A DNA stretch of 64,000 bases from an uncultured Nitrospiraceae bacterium. Its GTDB lineage: Bacteria > Nitrospirota > Thermodesulfovibrionia > Thermodesulfovibrionales > Dissulfurispiraceae. Position numbers and translations under genes: made by a program. The stretch lies in NCBI GenBank assembly GCA_963705105.1, contig CAVPIW010000006.1, positions 320,001 to 384,000 of the forward strand, given 5' to 3'. Shown one piece after another: positions 19,796-30,505 of this stretch (positions within the stretch are counted from its first letter, which is position 1; every line of letters begins with the position of its first letter). The notes beneath the pieces are model-generated. The model was given only the letters and a program-made list of their open reading frames with translations. It was not told the origin of the DNA and did no database searches.

Positions 19796-21811
19796 ATGAA
19801 CGCCATGGATATCGCTGCAAGGAATTCAGGGAGAATGATCGGGGCTTTTCTGCTCCCGGTTTTCATGTTCGCCATCTGGTTCAATCCCTGCGTCCTGCAT
19901 GCGCAGGATGCAGACAAACTTGTAGACATGAGCATGGAGGATCTCATTAACGTCAAGGTCTACGGTGCTTCAAAGTTCGAGCAGAGCCTCATCGACGCCC
20001 CGTCGTCAGTCACAATCATTACTGCCGACGACATCAGGAAATACGGCTACCGCACCCTCGCAGACCTCCTCAGGAGCGTCAGGAGCTTATCCGTCACCAA
20101 TGACAGGAACTATTCCTACCTGGGCGCCCGGGGCTTCGGCAGGACCGGTGATTACAACAGCCGCTTCCTCGTCGTCGTCGACGGGCACCGCATCAATGAC
20201 AATGTCTATGATTCGACGCTCTTCGGGACGGAGTTCATCATCGATGTAGACCTCATCGACAAGGTTGAGATCATCCGCGGGCCGGGCTCGTCCCTGTACG
20301 GCAATAACGCCTTTTTCGGCGTCGTCAACATCATCACGAGAAAGGCCCGGTCTATTGGACGCCCCGAGTTGTCGGCGGAGGCGGGGAGATATGATTCCTA
20401 CAAGGGAAGGGTGAGCTACGGGCATGACTTTGCCAACGGCGTGGAACTCGCATTGTCAGGCTCCCTCTATGACAGCAACGGCCAGGAGCGGCTCTTCTAC
20501 AAGGAATTTGACGACCCTTCGACGAACAACGGAGTGGCGGAGCACGGTGATTACGACCGGAATTACAGCCTCTTCGGCAATGTCCTCTATAAGGATGTGA
20601 CCCTCCAGGGCGCCTTCGTCTCGAGGACGAAGGGCATCCCGACGGGATCCTTCGACGCCGATTTCAATGAACGCCGGAACCAGACCACGGACGAACGGGG
20701 TTATGTCGATCTGAAGTACGAGCACGTCTTCGAGAATGAGCTCAGCATCATGGCGCGTCTGTACTATGATTGGTACTATTACAGAGCAACCTATGTTTAT
20801 TCCGGCATACAAAACAAAGACTCCTCAAGGGGCGAGTGGCTGGGCGGCGAGGTCCTGCTCCAGAAGAAACTCTTCGAAAAGCACAGGATCACCCTCGGCG
20901 CCGAGTATATTCACAATGCAAAGCAGGACCAGGGAAACTACAACCAGGATCCCTTTGAGCTCTTCACCGACGAACAGAGAGACTCCGACAAATGGGCCGT
21001 CTATGTCCAGGACGAGTTCCCGGTCCTCCCGAATCTGCTCCTCAATGCCGGTCTCCGCTACGACTATTACGAATCCTTCGGAGGCACCGCAAATCCCCGG
21101 CTGGCCCTTATCTATCGCCCCCTGCCGGCGACGATTTTCAAACTCCTCTACGGAACAGCCTTCAGGGCGCCCAATGCTTATGAGCTCTACTACACGGACT
21201 ACGGCTCCCAACGGGGCAACCCTGATCTGGATCCCGAGACGATCAGGACCTATGAGCTTGTCTACGAACAGTATATCGGCGACAACGTCCGTTTGACGGC
21301 ATCCGGCTTCTATTACACCGTTGATGACATCATCGTCCAGATCGAGGACCCCTCGGACGGGGTGTTAGTTTTTACGAATGCCGGTAAGGTGAAGGCGAAA
21401 GGCGTCGAGATCGGCGTCGAAGGAAGATGGGAAAACGGTATCAAGGGGAGATTCAGTTATACCTATCAGGACGCCGAGGACGACCAGACGGGAGAGAGGC
21501 CCATCAACTCGCCGGAGCATCAGGCAAAAGGCAACCTCATCATCCCGCTCTGGAAGGATAATGTCTTCGCCGGGCTTGAAGTCCTCTACACGGGCAAGAG
21601 AAAGACCCTCGCCGGAGATTATGTCGACGATTTCTTCGTCACGAATGTAACCCTTTTCAGCCAGAAGATCATGAAGGGGCTCGAAGTGTCCGCAAGCATC
21701 TATAACCTTTTCGACAAAAAGTACCGCGATCCTGCCGGCACGGAGCATCGCATGGACAGCATCGAGCAGGACGGGAGGAATTTCCGGGTCAAGGTGACCT
21801 ACGCTTTCTGA
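19796..21811 (+). CDS. TonB-dependent receptor-like protein 1 (plug + beta-barrel)
   Basis: Signal peptide; plug APSSVTIITADDI, VVVDG, KVEIIRGPGSSLYGNNAFFGVVNIITR; NPDLDPE; NLFDK; terminal F; start could be 19769. Confidence 0.92.
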   Translation: MNAMDIAARNSGRMIGAFLLPVFMFAIWFNPCVLHAQDADKLVDMSMEDLINVKVYGASKFEQSLIDAPSSVTIITADDIRKYGYRTLADLLRSVRSLSVTNDRNYSYLGARGFGRTGDYNSRFLVVVDGHRINDNVYDSTLFGTEFIIDVDLIDKVEIIRGPGSSLYGNNAFFGVVNIITRKARSIGRPELSAEAGRYDSYKGRVSYGHDFANGVELALSGSLYDSNGQERLFYKEFDDPSTNNGVAEHGDYDRNYSLFGNVLYKDVTLQGAFVSRTKGIPTGSFDADFNERRNQTTDERGYVDLKYEHVFENELSIMARLYYDWYYYRATYVYSGIQNKDSSRGEWLGGEVLLQKKLFEKHRITLGAEYIHNAKQDQGNYNQDPFELFTDEQRDSDKWAVYVQDEFPVLPNLLLNAGLRYDYYESFGGTANPRLALIYRPLPATIFKLLYGTAFRAPNAYELYYTDYGSQRGNPDLDPETIRTYELVYEQYIGDNVRLTASGFYYTVDDIIVQIEDPSDGVLVFTNAGKVKAKGVEIGVEGRWENGIKGRFSYTYQDAEDDQTGERPINSPEHQAKGNLIIPLWKDNVFAGLEVLYTGKRKTLAGDYVDDFFVTNVTLFSQKIMKGLEVSASIYNLFDKKYRDPAGTEHRMDSIEQDGRNFRVKVTYAF

Positions 21812-21901
21812 TCCGGCAGCGTGTGTGACGGAATGAACTGCACGGAGCCGATAATGAATAACAGGTTCTCCCGCAAGTCGAATAGGGGAGACATCCGCAG
21901 A

Positions 21902-22522
21902 ATGGTGACTGAGAAGACTGCCCGGCATGATCGCGGCTTCCTTTGCCATGAGCCCTTTGCCGCTTTTTCCGGGAATCGACGGAAAACGGGCATCGTCATG
22001 CTCATCCTCGTCATGATGATAGCCGCCGTGACGGCATTCCATGAGCGCTGTGCGAATGCCCAGGCGGCGCAGGAATATCAGGTCAAGGCGGCATTCATCT
22101 TCAACTTTGCCAAGTTCGTCGAATGGCCTCCGGATGCTCTCGCGGATAAGCAGGCGCCTGTCGTGCTCTGCATTCTCGGGAAAGACCCCTTCAGCGACGC
22201 CTTCGAACCCCTCAAAAAGAGGACCGTCGAGGGCAGGCGGTTCACCGTCAGGCAAATCAGCAGCGTTCAGGAAGTCGAACGGTGCCAGATGCTCTACATC
22301 AGCACATCCGAAAAGGACCGTTTGCCCCAGATCCTCAAGACCGTCAGGAACAGGCATATCCTGACCATCAGCGACATGAAGGGATTTTCAAAAGAAGGCG
22401 GCATGATCACTCTTGTCCGTGACCAGGAGAAGGTCACGATGGAGATCAATCTCGACATCGCCCGTCAGGCCGATCTCAAGATCAGCTCCCAGCTCCTGAA
22501 GCTCGCCACGATCGTCAAATAG
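21902..22522 (+). CDS. YfiR family (DUF4154) periplasmic protein 1
   Basis: [40 protein letters not shown]...LKISSQLLKLA; start uncertain. Confidence 0.9.
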   Translation: MVTEKTARHDRGFLCHEPFAAFSGNRRKTGIVMLILVMMIAAVTAFHERCANAQAAQEYQVKAAFIFNFAKFVEWPPDALADKQAPVVLCILGKDPFSDAFEPLKKRTVEGRRFTVRQISSVQEVERCQMLYISTSEKDRLPQILKTVRNRHILTISDMKGFSKEGGMITLVRDQEKVTMEINLDIARQADLKISSQLLKLATIVK

Positions 22523-22566
22523 ACCTTCCCTTTGGTCGAAAGGGCAGCGTCTATCTTACTCACTGT

Positions 22567-22779
22567 ACCTTAACGTTGCAACACAGTCCCGGGAAAGGCG
22601 GGGCGAGGCGCCGAAAACCTTGCTGCGGCGACACCTGTATCGAAAGGCAAGACGAATTATAAACCAATGGTCGATGACACAAAGAGTGGATTCCTGAAAC
22701 ACGAAGCTGACAATGCGTATCGTCGCCTTCAGCAAGGCTTTGAGGCGCCTCGCCCCGCCTTATTATGCAACGGCAAGGT
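22567..22779 (+). repeat. Long-hairpin repeat family A, subtype I
   Basis: Nested inverted repeats ACCTT/AAGGT, GTTGCA/TGCAAC, AAGGCGGGGCGAGGCGCC/GGCGCCTCGCCCCGCCTT, CCTTGCTG.GGCGAC/GTCGCC.TCAGCAAGG. Confidence 0.92.
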
Positions 22780-22783
22780 GAAC

Positions 22784-22810
22784 TCAAGAATGACCCTGAA
22801 TTGCCGACAT
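22784..22810 (+). promoter_or_regulatory. Candidate sigma28 promoter of the receptor 2/3-yfiR-kinase-DGC/PDE operon
   Basis: TCAA(22784-87)-N15-GCCGACAT(22803-10). Confidence 0.6.
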
Positions 22811-22855
22811 AATACTAATGGTGAATAGCGGCATTTTCACAGATCGGCAGTCAAG

Positions 22856-24928
22856 GTGATGAAGAGCAAGGGAATTCATATGATGCAGAGCCCATCTCAG
22901 AGGGGCCTGTACAGCCAGATCTTTCTCCTGCTGTTCCTGGGTATTTTCATGAACTACCTCACCCCGTGCAGTTACGCAGCCGGGAGTGACCTGACGACCC
23001 TGAGCATCGAGGACTTGATGAACATCGAGGTCACCTCGGTATCGAAAAGGGCTCAGCCCCTTTCAGATTCTGCCACGGCCATCTTCGTCATCACCCAGGC
23101 GGACATACGGCGCTCGGGGGTGACGAGCATCCCTGAAGCGTTGCGCATGGCGCCGGGCATCGAGGTGGCTCACATCGACGCCAACAAGTGGGCGATCACA
23201 GCCAGGGGATTCAACGGACGCTTCGCCAACAAACTCCTCGTGCTGATCGACGGGCGAACCGTCTATTCGCCTCTTTTTTCGGGAGTCTTCTGGGATGTGC
23301 AGGACACGATGATGGAGGACATCGACAGGATCGAGGTGATCAGGGGGCCGGGCGCCTCGCTGTGGGGCGCCAATGCCGTGAACGGTGTCATCAACATCAT
23401 TACGAAGAATGCCGCAGAGACGGCAGGAGGCCTCATCAGCGCGGGAGGCGGGACGGAGGAGCGATACTTCGGCGGCATGCGCTACGGCTGGGACCTTGGA
23501 AATAACGCCTATCTCAGGGTCTATGGGAAACATTTCAACCGTGACGGTTTTGTCGACGCCCAGGGACAGGACACGGCCGACGGGTGGTATCAGTCGCGGG
23601 GAGGATTCCGGTTGGACTGGGAGAAGTCGGAACGCGACTCCTTTACGGTCCAGGGTGATATATACAGCGGCAAAATAGGCGGGACGCTTCTTATCCCCAC
23701 CCCCAATCCTCCTTATGGGGTAAGCTCCAGCGGGAAGACCAGCGTGTCCGGGGGGAATGTCCTGGCTCTCTGGCGCCGCAATGTCTCGGAAATGTCCGAT
23801 ACGACGCTGCAGATATACTACGACAGGACGAAACGGAGTGATGAGATCATTGAAGAAAGGCGTTATACGATCGATATCGATTTCCAGCACCACCTGATCA
23901 TCGGGGAGCGCAATGAGGTCATATGGGGGCTTGGATACCGGTATACGAAAGACGATTTCAAGGGAGACATAATCGTCTCGCTCGATCCGCCGGAGAAAGG
24001 AGTCAATCTCTTCAGCGCCTTCATCCAGGACGAGATCACTCTCATAAAAGACAGGCTGAGGCTGACGGTAGGGTCGAAATTCGAGCACAACGACTTCACA
24101 GGTTTTGAGGTGCAGCCGACGGGGCGCATTCTCTGGTCTCCCCGGGACGGGCACAGGGTCTGGGCTGCGGTATCGAGGGCTGTCAGGACTCCCTCACGGG
24201 CTGAAGACGATGCCATTGTGCGATCACTGGCTATTCCACCCAACAGCGGTCTCAATCCCTCCCCCTTTCCTGTGTTTGTCGAGTTCCGTGGCTCAAAGGA
24301 TTTCGAATCGGAGACCCTCATCGCCTACGAGGCGGGATACCGGGTGCAGCCCGACGACCGATTATCCGTCGACCTCGCCGTTTTCTACAATAAGTACGAC
24401 AAGCTCAGAACCGCCGATAACCCGGGGGTGTCCGTCCGGCTGTCACCGCCTCCGGCACGGGTAAACGTGTCTGCAGAGGCGGACAATAAAGCCAAGGGGG
24501 AGACCTATGGAGCCGAGCTCGCCGTGGACTGGCAGGCCCTCCCGTGGTGGCGCCTCAAGGCTGCATACACCTATCTGCAGGTGCAGATTCACAAGGTCGA
24601 TGGGAGCGGTGACGTGACCGCCGAGGCGACGGAAGGAGATGTCCCCCATAATCAGTTCTCCCTCCGCTCATTGATGAAACTGGGGAAGAGTGTCGAGTTC
24701 GACGCGTGGTTTCGTTACGTCGACAATCTTCCGGGTTCGGGGATCAAGAGTTATGTGACCTGCGACGCCCGTCTTGCCTGGAAACCCCTGCGGGACCTGG
24801 AGATCGCCCTTGTCGGGCAGAACCTTCTCGATAATCATCATCCCGAACAGGGTCTTGAGCCGCTGTTCTCCAATCAGTCGACAGAGGTGCCGCGGGGTAT
24901 CTACGGGAAGGTCACGTGGAAGTTTTAG
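22856..24928 (+). CDS. TonB-dependent receptor-like protein 2
   Basis: DLTTLSIEDLMNIEVTSVSK; LLVLIDGR; RIEVIRGPGASLWGANAVNGVINIITK; terminal WKF. Confidence 0.92.
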   Translation: MMKSKGIHMMQSPSQRGLYSQIFLLLFLGIFMNYLTPCSYAAGSDLTTLSIEDLMNIEVTSVSKRAQPLSDSATAIFVITQADIRRSGVTSIPEALRMAPGIEVAHIDANKWAITARGFNGRFANKLLVLIDGRTVYSPLFSGVFWDVQDTMMEDIDRIEVIRGPGASLWGANAVNGVINIITKNAAETAGGLISAGGGTEERYFGGMRYGWDLGNNAYLRVYGKHFNRDGFVDAQGQDTADGWYQSRGGFRLDWEKSERDSFTVQGDIYSGKIGGTLLIPTPNPPYGVSSSGKTSVSGGNVLALWRRNVSEMSDTTLQIYYDRTKRSDEIIEERRYTIDIDFQHHLIIGERNEVIWGLGYRYTKDDFKGDIIVSLDPPEKGVNLFSAFIQDEITLIKDRLRLTVGSKFEHNDFTGFEVQPTGRILWSPRDGHRVWAAVSRAVRTPSRAEDDAIVRSLAIPPNSGLNPSPFPVFVEFRGSKDFESETLIAYEAGYRVQPDDRLSVDLAVFYNKYDKLRTADNPGVSVRLSPPPARVNVSAEADNKAKGETYGAELAVDWQALPWWRLKAAYTYLQVQIHKVDGSGDVTAEATEGDVPHNQFSLRSLMKLGKSVEFDAWFRYVDNLPGSGIKSYVTCDARLAWKPLRDLEIALVGQNLLDNHHPEQGLEPLFSNQSTEVPRGIYGKVTWKF

Positions 24929-24959
24929 TCTTCCACTTTGCAAGTCATAGGCATCAAAC

Positions 24960-26999
24960 ATGAGGAGAGGACACATTTTCATCATTATCGTTCTAATGGG
25001 CAGTATGATGAAAGGTCTGTTCATGCCTGCTCTGGCTGCGGCATACCGGACTCTGGGGGATCTGACTGCCCTGAGCATCGAGGAGCTGATGAACATCGAG
25101 GTCACCTCGGTATCGAAAAGGGCGCAACCCCTTTCAGATACCGCATCGGCAATCTTCGTCATAACCCAGGAGGATATTCGACGCTCAGGTGTGACGAGCA
25201 TCCCCGAAGCGTTGCGCATGGCGCCGGGCCTTGAGGTTGCCCGCATCGATGCGAACAAATGGGCCATCACCGCCAGGGGTTTCAACGGACGCTTCGCCAA
25301 CAAACTCCTTGTACTCATAGATGGGCGAACCGTTTACACACCTCTTTTTTCGGGTGTTTTCTGGGATGAGCAGGACACCTTTCTGGAAAACATCGAGAGG
25401 ATCGAGGTGATCAGGGGCCCGGGCGCTTCCCTGTGGGGTGCAAATGCCGTCAACGGAGTCATCAATATCATCACGAAGAAGGCCGGAGAAACAACGGGCG
25501 GCCTCTTCAGCGCAGGAGGCGGGACGGAAGAGCGGTACTTCGGTGGTGTGCGCTACGGCTGGGATCTCGGAAATAACGCATATCTCAGGGTCTATGGGAA
25601 ACATTTCAACCGGAGCGGCTTCGTCGACGCCCAGGGACAGGACGCGGCCGACGGCTGGTACCAGTCGAGAGCCGGGTTCAAGCTCGACTGGGAAAAGTCG
25701 GAACGCGATTCCTTTACTGTCCAGGGAGAAACATATAAAGGCAAGTCTGGTTTCACTCTGTTTGTCCCTATATCCGAGCCCCCTTACTCGACGAGCTTCA
25801 GCGAGAAGGCCGACCTGTCTGGAGGGCACCTGTTGGCCCGATGGCGACATGTCCACTCGGACACTTCCGATATGACCCTGCAGGCCTACTATGACAGGAG
25901 CAAAGGGACTGACAGCACATTAGAAGAGAGACAGGATACGATCGATGTGGACTTCCAGCATCACCTGCTCGTGCATGAGCGCCATGAAATCATCTGGGGG
26001 CTGGGATACCGGTACTACAGGGATCATACTCAGGGCGGCTCGTTTGTCAGCATCGAGCCGCCGGACAAGGGATTGCATCTCTTCAGCGCCTTCATCCAGG
26101 ATGAGATCACCCTCGTAAAAGACAGGCTCATGCTCACAGTGGGCTCCAAATTCGAGCACAACGACTTCACCGGGTTCGAGGTGCAGCCAACGGCACGCAT
26201 TCTCTGGTCTCCTCATGAGAAACAGAGGGTCTGGGCGGCCGTATCACGGGCTGTCAGGACGCCGTCGCGGTCTGACGAGGGGGCGGTTGCACAATCACTG
26301 GCCCTCCCGCCCAACAGCGGTCTCAATCCCGCTCCTTTTCCGGTCTTTGTCGAGTTCCGGGGATCCAATGACTTCGAATCGGAGACGCTCATCGCCTACG
26401 AGGCCGGATACAGGGTGCAGCCAGGCAACGGGTTGTCTGTCGATCTTGCCGTTTTTTACAATAAATACGACAAACTCAGAACGACCGACAACCCGGTGGC
26501 ATCTGTCAGGCTGTCTCCGCCTCCGCCACGTGTGAACGTAAGTGTAACGGCGGATAACAAGGCGAAGGGAGAGACCTACGGCGCCGAGTTTGCCGTTGAC
26601 TGGCAGGTCTTTCCCTGGTGGCGCCTCAAGGCTTCCTATACCTATCTGCAAATGCAAATTCACCGGATCGAGGGAAGCAGTGACGTGGGAGCGGAGGCGG
26701 CCGAAGGTGATGACCCTCACAATCAGTTTTCTCTCCGTTCATTGATGGACTTGGGGAGAAACGTCGAGTTCGACGCATGGTTTCGCTATGTCGACAACCT
26801 CCCGAGCCTCGGGATCAGGAGTTATGTGACCTGCGACGCCCGCATCGCCTGGAGGTCGCTGAAAAACGTGGAGATCGCCCTTGTCGGGCAGAATTTGCTC
26901 GACAACCACCATCCGGAACAGGGGCTTGATACGCTGCTTTCCAATCAGTCGACGGAAGTGCCGCGCGGCGTATACGGGAAGATCACATGGAAATTCTAA
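24960..26999 (+). CDS. TonB-dependent receptor-like protein 3 (close paralogue of 2)
   Basis: Same motifs as receptor 2 with long identical stretches; terminal WKF. Confidence 0.92.
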   Translation: MRRGHIFIIIVLMGSMMKGLFMPALAAAYRTLGDLTALSIEELMNIEVTSVSKRAQPLSDTASAIFVITQEDIRRSGVTSIPEALRMAPGLEVARIDANKWAITARGFNGRFANKLLVLIDGRTVYTPLFSGVFWDEQDTFLENIERIEVIRGPGASLWGANAVNGVINIITKKAGETTGGLFSAGGGTEERYFGGVRYGWDLGNNAYLRVYGKHFNRSGFVDAQGQDAADGWYQSRAGFKLDWEKSERDSFTVQGETYKGKSGFTLFVPISEPPYSTSFSEKADLSGGHLLARWRHVHSDTSDMTLQAYYDRSKGTDSTLEERQDTIDVDFQHHLLVHERHEIIWGLGYRYYRDHTQGGSFVSIEPPDKGLHLFSAFIQDEITLVKDRLMLTVGSKFEHNDFTGFEVQPTARILWSPHEKQRVWAAVSRAVRTPSRSDEGAVAQSLALPPNSGLNPAPFPVFVEFRGSNDFESETLIAYEAGYRVQPGNGLSVDLAVFYNKYDKLRTTDNPVASVRLSPPPPRVNVSVTADNKAKGETYGAEFAVDWQVFPWWRLKASYTYLQMQIHRIEGSSDVGAEAAEGDDPHNQFSLRSLMDLGRNVEFDAWFRYVDNLPSLGIRSYVTCDARIAWRSLKNVEIALVGQNLLDNHHPEQGLDTLLSNQSTEVPRGVYGKITWKF

Positions 27000-27002
27000 A
27001 GA

Positions 27003-27599
27003 ATGAGAACTGACATGTCGGGATACGACAAACTCCGGCGACTCATCCCGGCGGTTCTTATCACCGCGCTCTGTTTCGTCGTCACGTCGACTATGCCCGG
27101 GAACGTATCGGCCCAGGACAGAGAGATGATTACTGACGAATACCGGATCAAGGCGGCGTTTCTCTATAATTTCGCGAAATTTGTCGAGTGGCCGGCCGGT
27201 GCATTCAAAGACAACCGTTCTCCGCTCATGATCTGCATCGTTGGGAAAGACCCCTTCGGAGCTGCTCTGAGTGAGATAAGAGACAAAACCGTGGGAGGAA
27301 GGACTATCGCTGTCAGGCATGTCAGGGATACCGGTGAAATCGAGAATTGCCATATCCTCTTCATCAGCGAATCCGAGAAGGAAATCGTGGCGCAGCATAT
27401 TGCAAGGGGTGTCAGGAATAGAGCAATACTGTCCGTCGGTGACACGCGGGGCTACGCCCAGAAAGGGGTCGTCATCAACATGATCATCGTCAACAGTAAG
27501 GTTGGCTTCGAGATCAACACCGATGCGGCCCAGCGCGCCGGTCTCATAATCCATTCACAGTTGCTCAAGCTGGCGAAGATTATCAAGGAGAAAGCCTGA
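27003..27599 (+). CDS. YfiR family (DUF4154) periplasmic protein 2
   Basis: Signal peptide; [35 protein letters not shown]...SQLLKLA. Confidence 0.92.
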   Translation: MRTDMSGYDKLRRLIPAVLITALCFVVTSTMPGNVSAQDREMITDEYRIKAAFLYNFAKFVEWPAGAFKDNRSPLMICIVGKDPFGAALSEIRDKTVGGRTIAVRHVRDTGEIENCHILFISESEKEIVAQHIARGVRNRAILSVGDTRGYAQKGVVINMIIVNSKVGFEINTDAAQRAGLIIHSQLLKLAKIIKEKA

Positions 27600-30505
27600 T
27601 GCGGTTCTTGAACAACCTGTCGGTCAAGCAGAAAATAACTGCGATCATCATGATCGCATGCACGTGTGTGCTCATGATGTCTGCCTGCGCATTCATCATT
27701 CGCGACCTTCTCAGCGAACCGGCTGAGATGGTCGACAAGGTCGATACGATCGCCTCCGTGGTCGGCGCCAACACGACGGCAGCGCTGACCTTCAACGACC
27801 GGAAGGCCGCCGAGGAGACCCTCTCCGCACTGTCGACGGAACCCCATGTTATGAATGCCGTCATTTACACGCGGGAGGGCGAGGAATTCGCCCGGTATTC
27901 GGCGGATTTCGAAAGAGAACGCCGGGACTCCTGGCGGGACCATCTCGAGGCAAACCTCATTCGGGAGGGCCATCGTTTTCACGGAGATCACATTGATTTC
28001 ATCAAGACAATAACCCTGGATCAAGATGCGATCGGAACGATTTACATCAAGATGAGCCTCCAGGAGCTCTACCAACGGATGGCCCTGTATGTCGTGACCA
28101 CTATAGTGAGCGTCATTGTCCTGCTGATCGTCGCATACGTCATCTCTCTCCGTCTCCAGCAGGTGATAACGTCTCCCATCTCCGTAATGTCGGAGACGAT
28201 GAAGGTCGTGTCGGAGAGGAAGGACTATACCGTCCGTGCCGTCAAGGCAAGTGACGATGAGATCGGCACCCTCGTCGACGGTTTCAACGAGATGCTCGGA
28301 CAGATAGAAGAACGGGATGAACAACTGAAAAGGCACCGGGAACACCTGGAGGAGGAAGTCGCTCTCCGCACGGCAGAGCTTTCCGAGGCGAATAGTGAAT
28401 TGGCTCTGAATTATGCGGAGCTCAAGACGGCAAAGGAGGCCGCTGAGGCTGCAAACCGCGCAAAATCACAGTTCCTGGCGAACATGAGCCACGAGATCAG
28501 GACCCCGATGAACGGCGTACTCGGGATGACGGAACTGCTCCTGAAAACGGACCTGACGGAGAGACAGAAGAAGTTCACCGAAACCGTCCATTCCTCGGCG
28601 GAGTCGCTCCTGAATATTCTGAACGATATCCTCGACTTTTCAAAGATCGAAGCCGGCAGGCTCGAACTCGAAATCGTCCCCTTCAACCTCCACGAGGTCA
28701 TCGAGGATGTGGCGGACATCTTTGCGAGACATGCCGAGACAAAGGGGGTGGAGCTCATATGCCACATCGACAGGGAAGTCCCTGGTTACGTAATGGGCGA
28801 CCCTGTGAGGATGCGGCAGATCCTCGTGAATCTGGTGGGCAATGCCATCAAGTTCACGGAGGAGGGCGAGATCCTGGTCAGGGTGGATACCGCCGAAATA
28901 CGAGATGGCCTGTCGTTCGTCCGCTTTGATGTGCGCGACACGGGCATCGGCATCGATCAGGAGGCGAGGGAGACCATATTCGATGCCTTCTCCCAGGCCG
29001 ACGGCTCGACGACCCGGAAATACGGGGGCACAGGCCTGGGGCTGACGATCACGAAACAGCTCGTCGGGATGATGGGTGGAGAGATAAGCGTTGAGAGTGA
29101 AGTCGGAAGGGGCTCGACATTCCGGATCATTATGCCGGTGACGGCGGTCCAGGGGGACGAGGCCCTGCAGGGGCATGCGGAAGAACGGCTCAGGAGCTGG
29201 AAAGTGCTGATCGTCGACGACAACAGGACGAACCGTACCATCCTCAGTCAGTTGTTTGAGTCATGGGGGATGGGGTGCCGAGCCGCCGACGGCGGACAGG
29301 CAGCCATCGAGATGCTTGATACCGCCGTGGCGCAACATGAACCGTATGATCTCGCCGTTCTGGACATGCATATGCCCCATATGGACGGGCTGGAGCTCAC
29401 ACGGAAAATCAGGGCCAATGCGGCCCTGGAGGGACTCCGGCTCATGATGCTGACGTCTTCGAGCTCGCTTGAGGCGGCGGAAGAGCTCAACAGGAACGGC
29501 ATCGAGTACATCATGAGCAAGCCCGTCAGGCAGTCATACCTGTACAACTGCATCGTCGCCATGGCCGGTTCAGGAAGGGGCGCCCAGGGGTATCGGAAAC
29601 AGGCGCAGGGAACGGTTCAGGCGGAGGAGTTTCCCCTTTCCGTGCTGCTGGCCGAGGACAATCCGGTCAATCAGGTCGTATCCGTCGGTATGCTGGAGGG
29701 CATAGGATGCCGTGTCGACGTCGCAAACAACGGACGCGAGGCCTTCAACGCCCTTTCCAGGATGTCCTATGACGTCGTTTTCATGGATTGCCAGATGCCC
29801 GTCATGGATGGATTTGAGGCGACGAAGGCGATCAGGGAGCGGGAGCGGTCCTCGGGCAACGGCGGCAACTCCCCAACTCTCCATGTGCCGATCGTCGCCC
29901 TGACCGCCCACGCCATGAGAGGTGACCGTGAAGCCTGTCTCGCCGCGGGCATGGATGACTACCTGTCGAAACCCTTCAGTCAGCAGCAGCTTGTTGCCGT
30001 GCTGAAGAAATGGTTCACCGGGAGAGTCCCGGAGAAGTCCGAAGACAAACAGCCCGGGAATCACGGGAGTGAGACCGTTTTGTCGATCCCCGGGAAACGG
30101 ATGAAAGAAGAAAGCCCTTCGGCGGCGGGGAAATCGGATGAGCCCGTTCAGGAACCGATCGACCGGATCGTGCTTGATACCATCTCTTCCCTGCAGAGGC
30201 CCGGCTCTCCCGATATCCTGAAGCGGGTGATCACCCTGTTCATCGACGACTCAGCCGTCCTCGTGCGGAAACTCCGAGAAGGCATCCATGCGGGAGACCC
30301 CGCGGTGGTGTTCAGGGCCGCTCACACAATGAAATCGAGCAGCGCGAACGTGGGCGCTTTCCGTTTGTCTTCACTCTGCAAGGAACTGGAAATGATGGGC
30401 AGGAACGGCTCTCTCCTGGAGGCCGGCGAGCTGATGTCACAAATCGACAACGAATATGGTCCCGTTCTGAAAGCTCTTGCGAGAGAGATTGAGAGGCGAG
30501 GATGA
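27599..30505 (+). CDS. Hybrid sensor kinase: TM-CHASE8(YfiN-like)-TM-HAMP-HisKA-HATPase-REC-REC-HPt
   Basis: [17 protein letters not shown] periplasmic motif; [37 protein letters not shown]; two receivers (LDMHMP, MDCQMP); AHTMKSSS. Confidence 0.92.
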   Translation: MRFLNNLSVKQKITAIIMIACTCVLMMSACAFIIRDLLSEPAEMVDKVDTIASVVGANTTAALTFNDRKAAEETLSALSTEPHVMNAVIYTREGEEFARYSADFERERRDSWRDHLEANLIREGHRFHGDHIDFIKTITLDQDAIGTIYIKMSLQELYQRMALYVVTTIVSVIVLLIVAYVISLRLQQVITSPISVMSETMKVVSERKDYTVRAVKASDDEIGTLVDGFNEMLGQIEERDEQLKRHREHLEEEVALRTAELSEANSELALNYAELKTAKEAAEAANRAKSQFLANMSHEIRTPMNGVLGMTELLLKTDLTERQKKFTETVHSSAESLLNILNDILDFSKIEAGRLELEIVPFNLHEVIEDVADIFARHAETKGVELICHIDREVPGYVMGDPVRMRQILVNLVGNAIKFTEEGEILVRVDTAEIRDGLSFVRFDVRDTGIGIDQEARETIFDAFSQADGSTTRKYGGTGLGLTITKQLVGMMGGEISVESEVGRGSTFRIIMPVTAVQGDEALQGHAEERLRSWKVLIVDDNRTNRTILSQLFESWGMGCRAADGGQAAIEMLDTAVAQHEPYDLAVLDMHMPHMDGLELTRKIRANAALEGLRLMMLTSSSSLEAAEELNRNGIEYIMSKPVRQSYLYNCIVAMAGSGRGAQGYRKQAQGTVQAEEFPLSVLLAEDNPVNQVVSVGMLEGIGCRVDVANNGREAFNALSRMSYDVVFMDCQMPVMDGFEATKAIRERERSSGNGGNSPTLHVPIVALTAHAMRGDREACLAAGMDDYLSKPFSQQQLVAVLKKWFTGRVPEKSEDKQPGNHGSETVLSIPGKRMKEESPSAAGKSDEPVQEPIDRIVLDTISSLQRPGSPDILKRVITLFIDDSAVLVRKLREGIHAGDPAVVFRAAHTMKSSSANVGAFRLSSLCKELEMMGRNGSLLEAGELMSQIDNEYGPVLKALAREIERRG

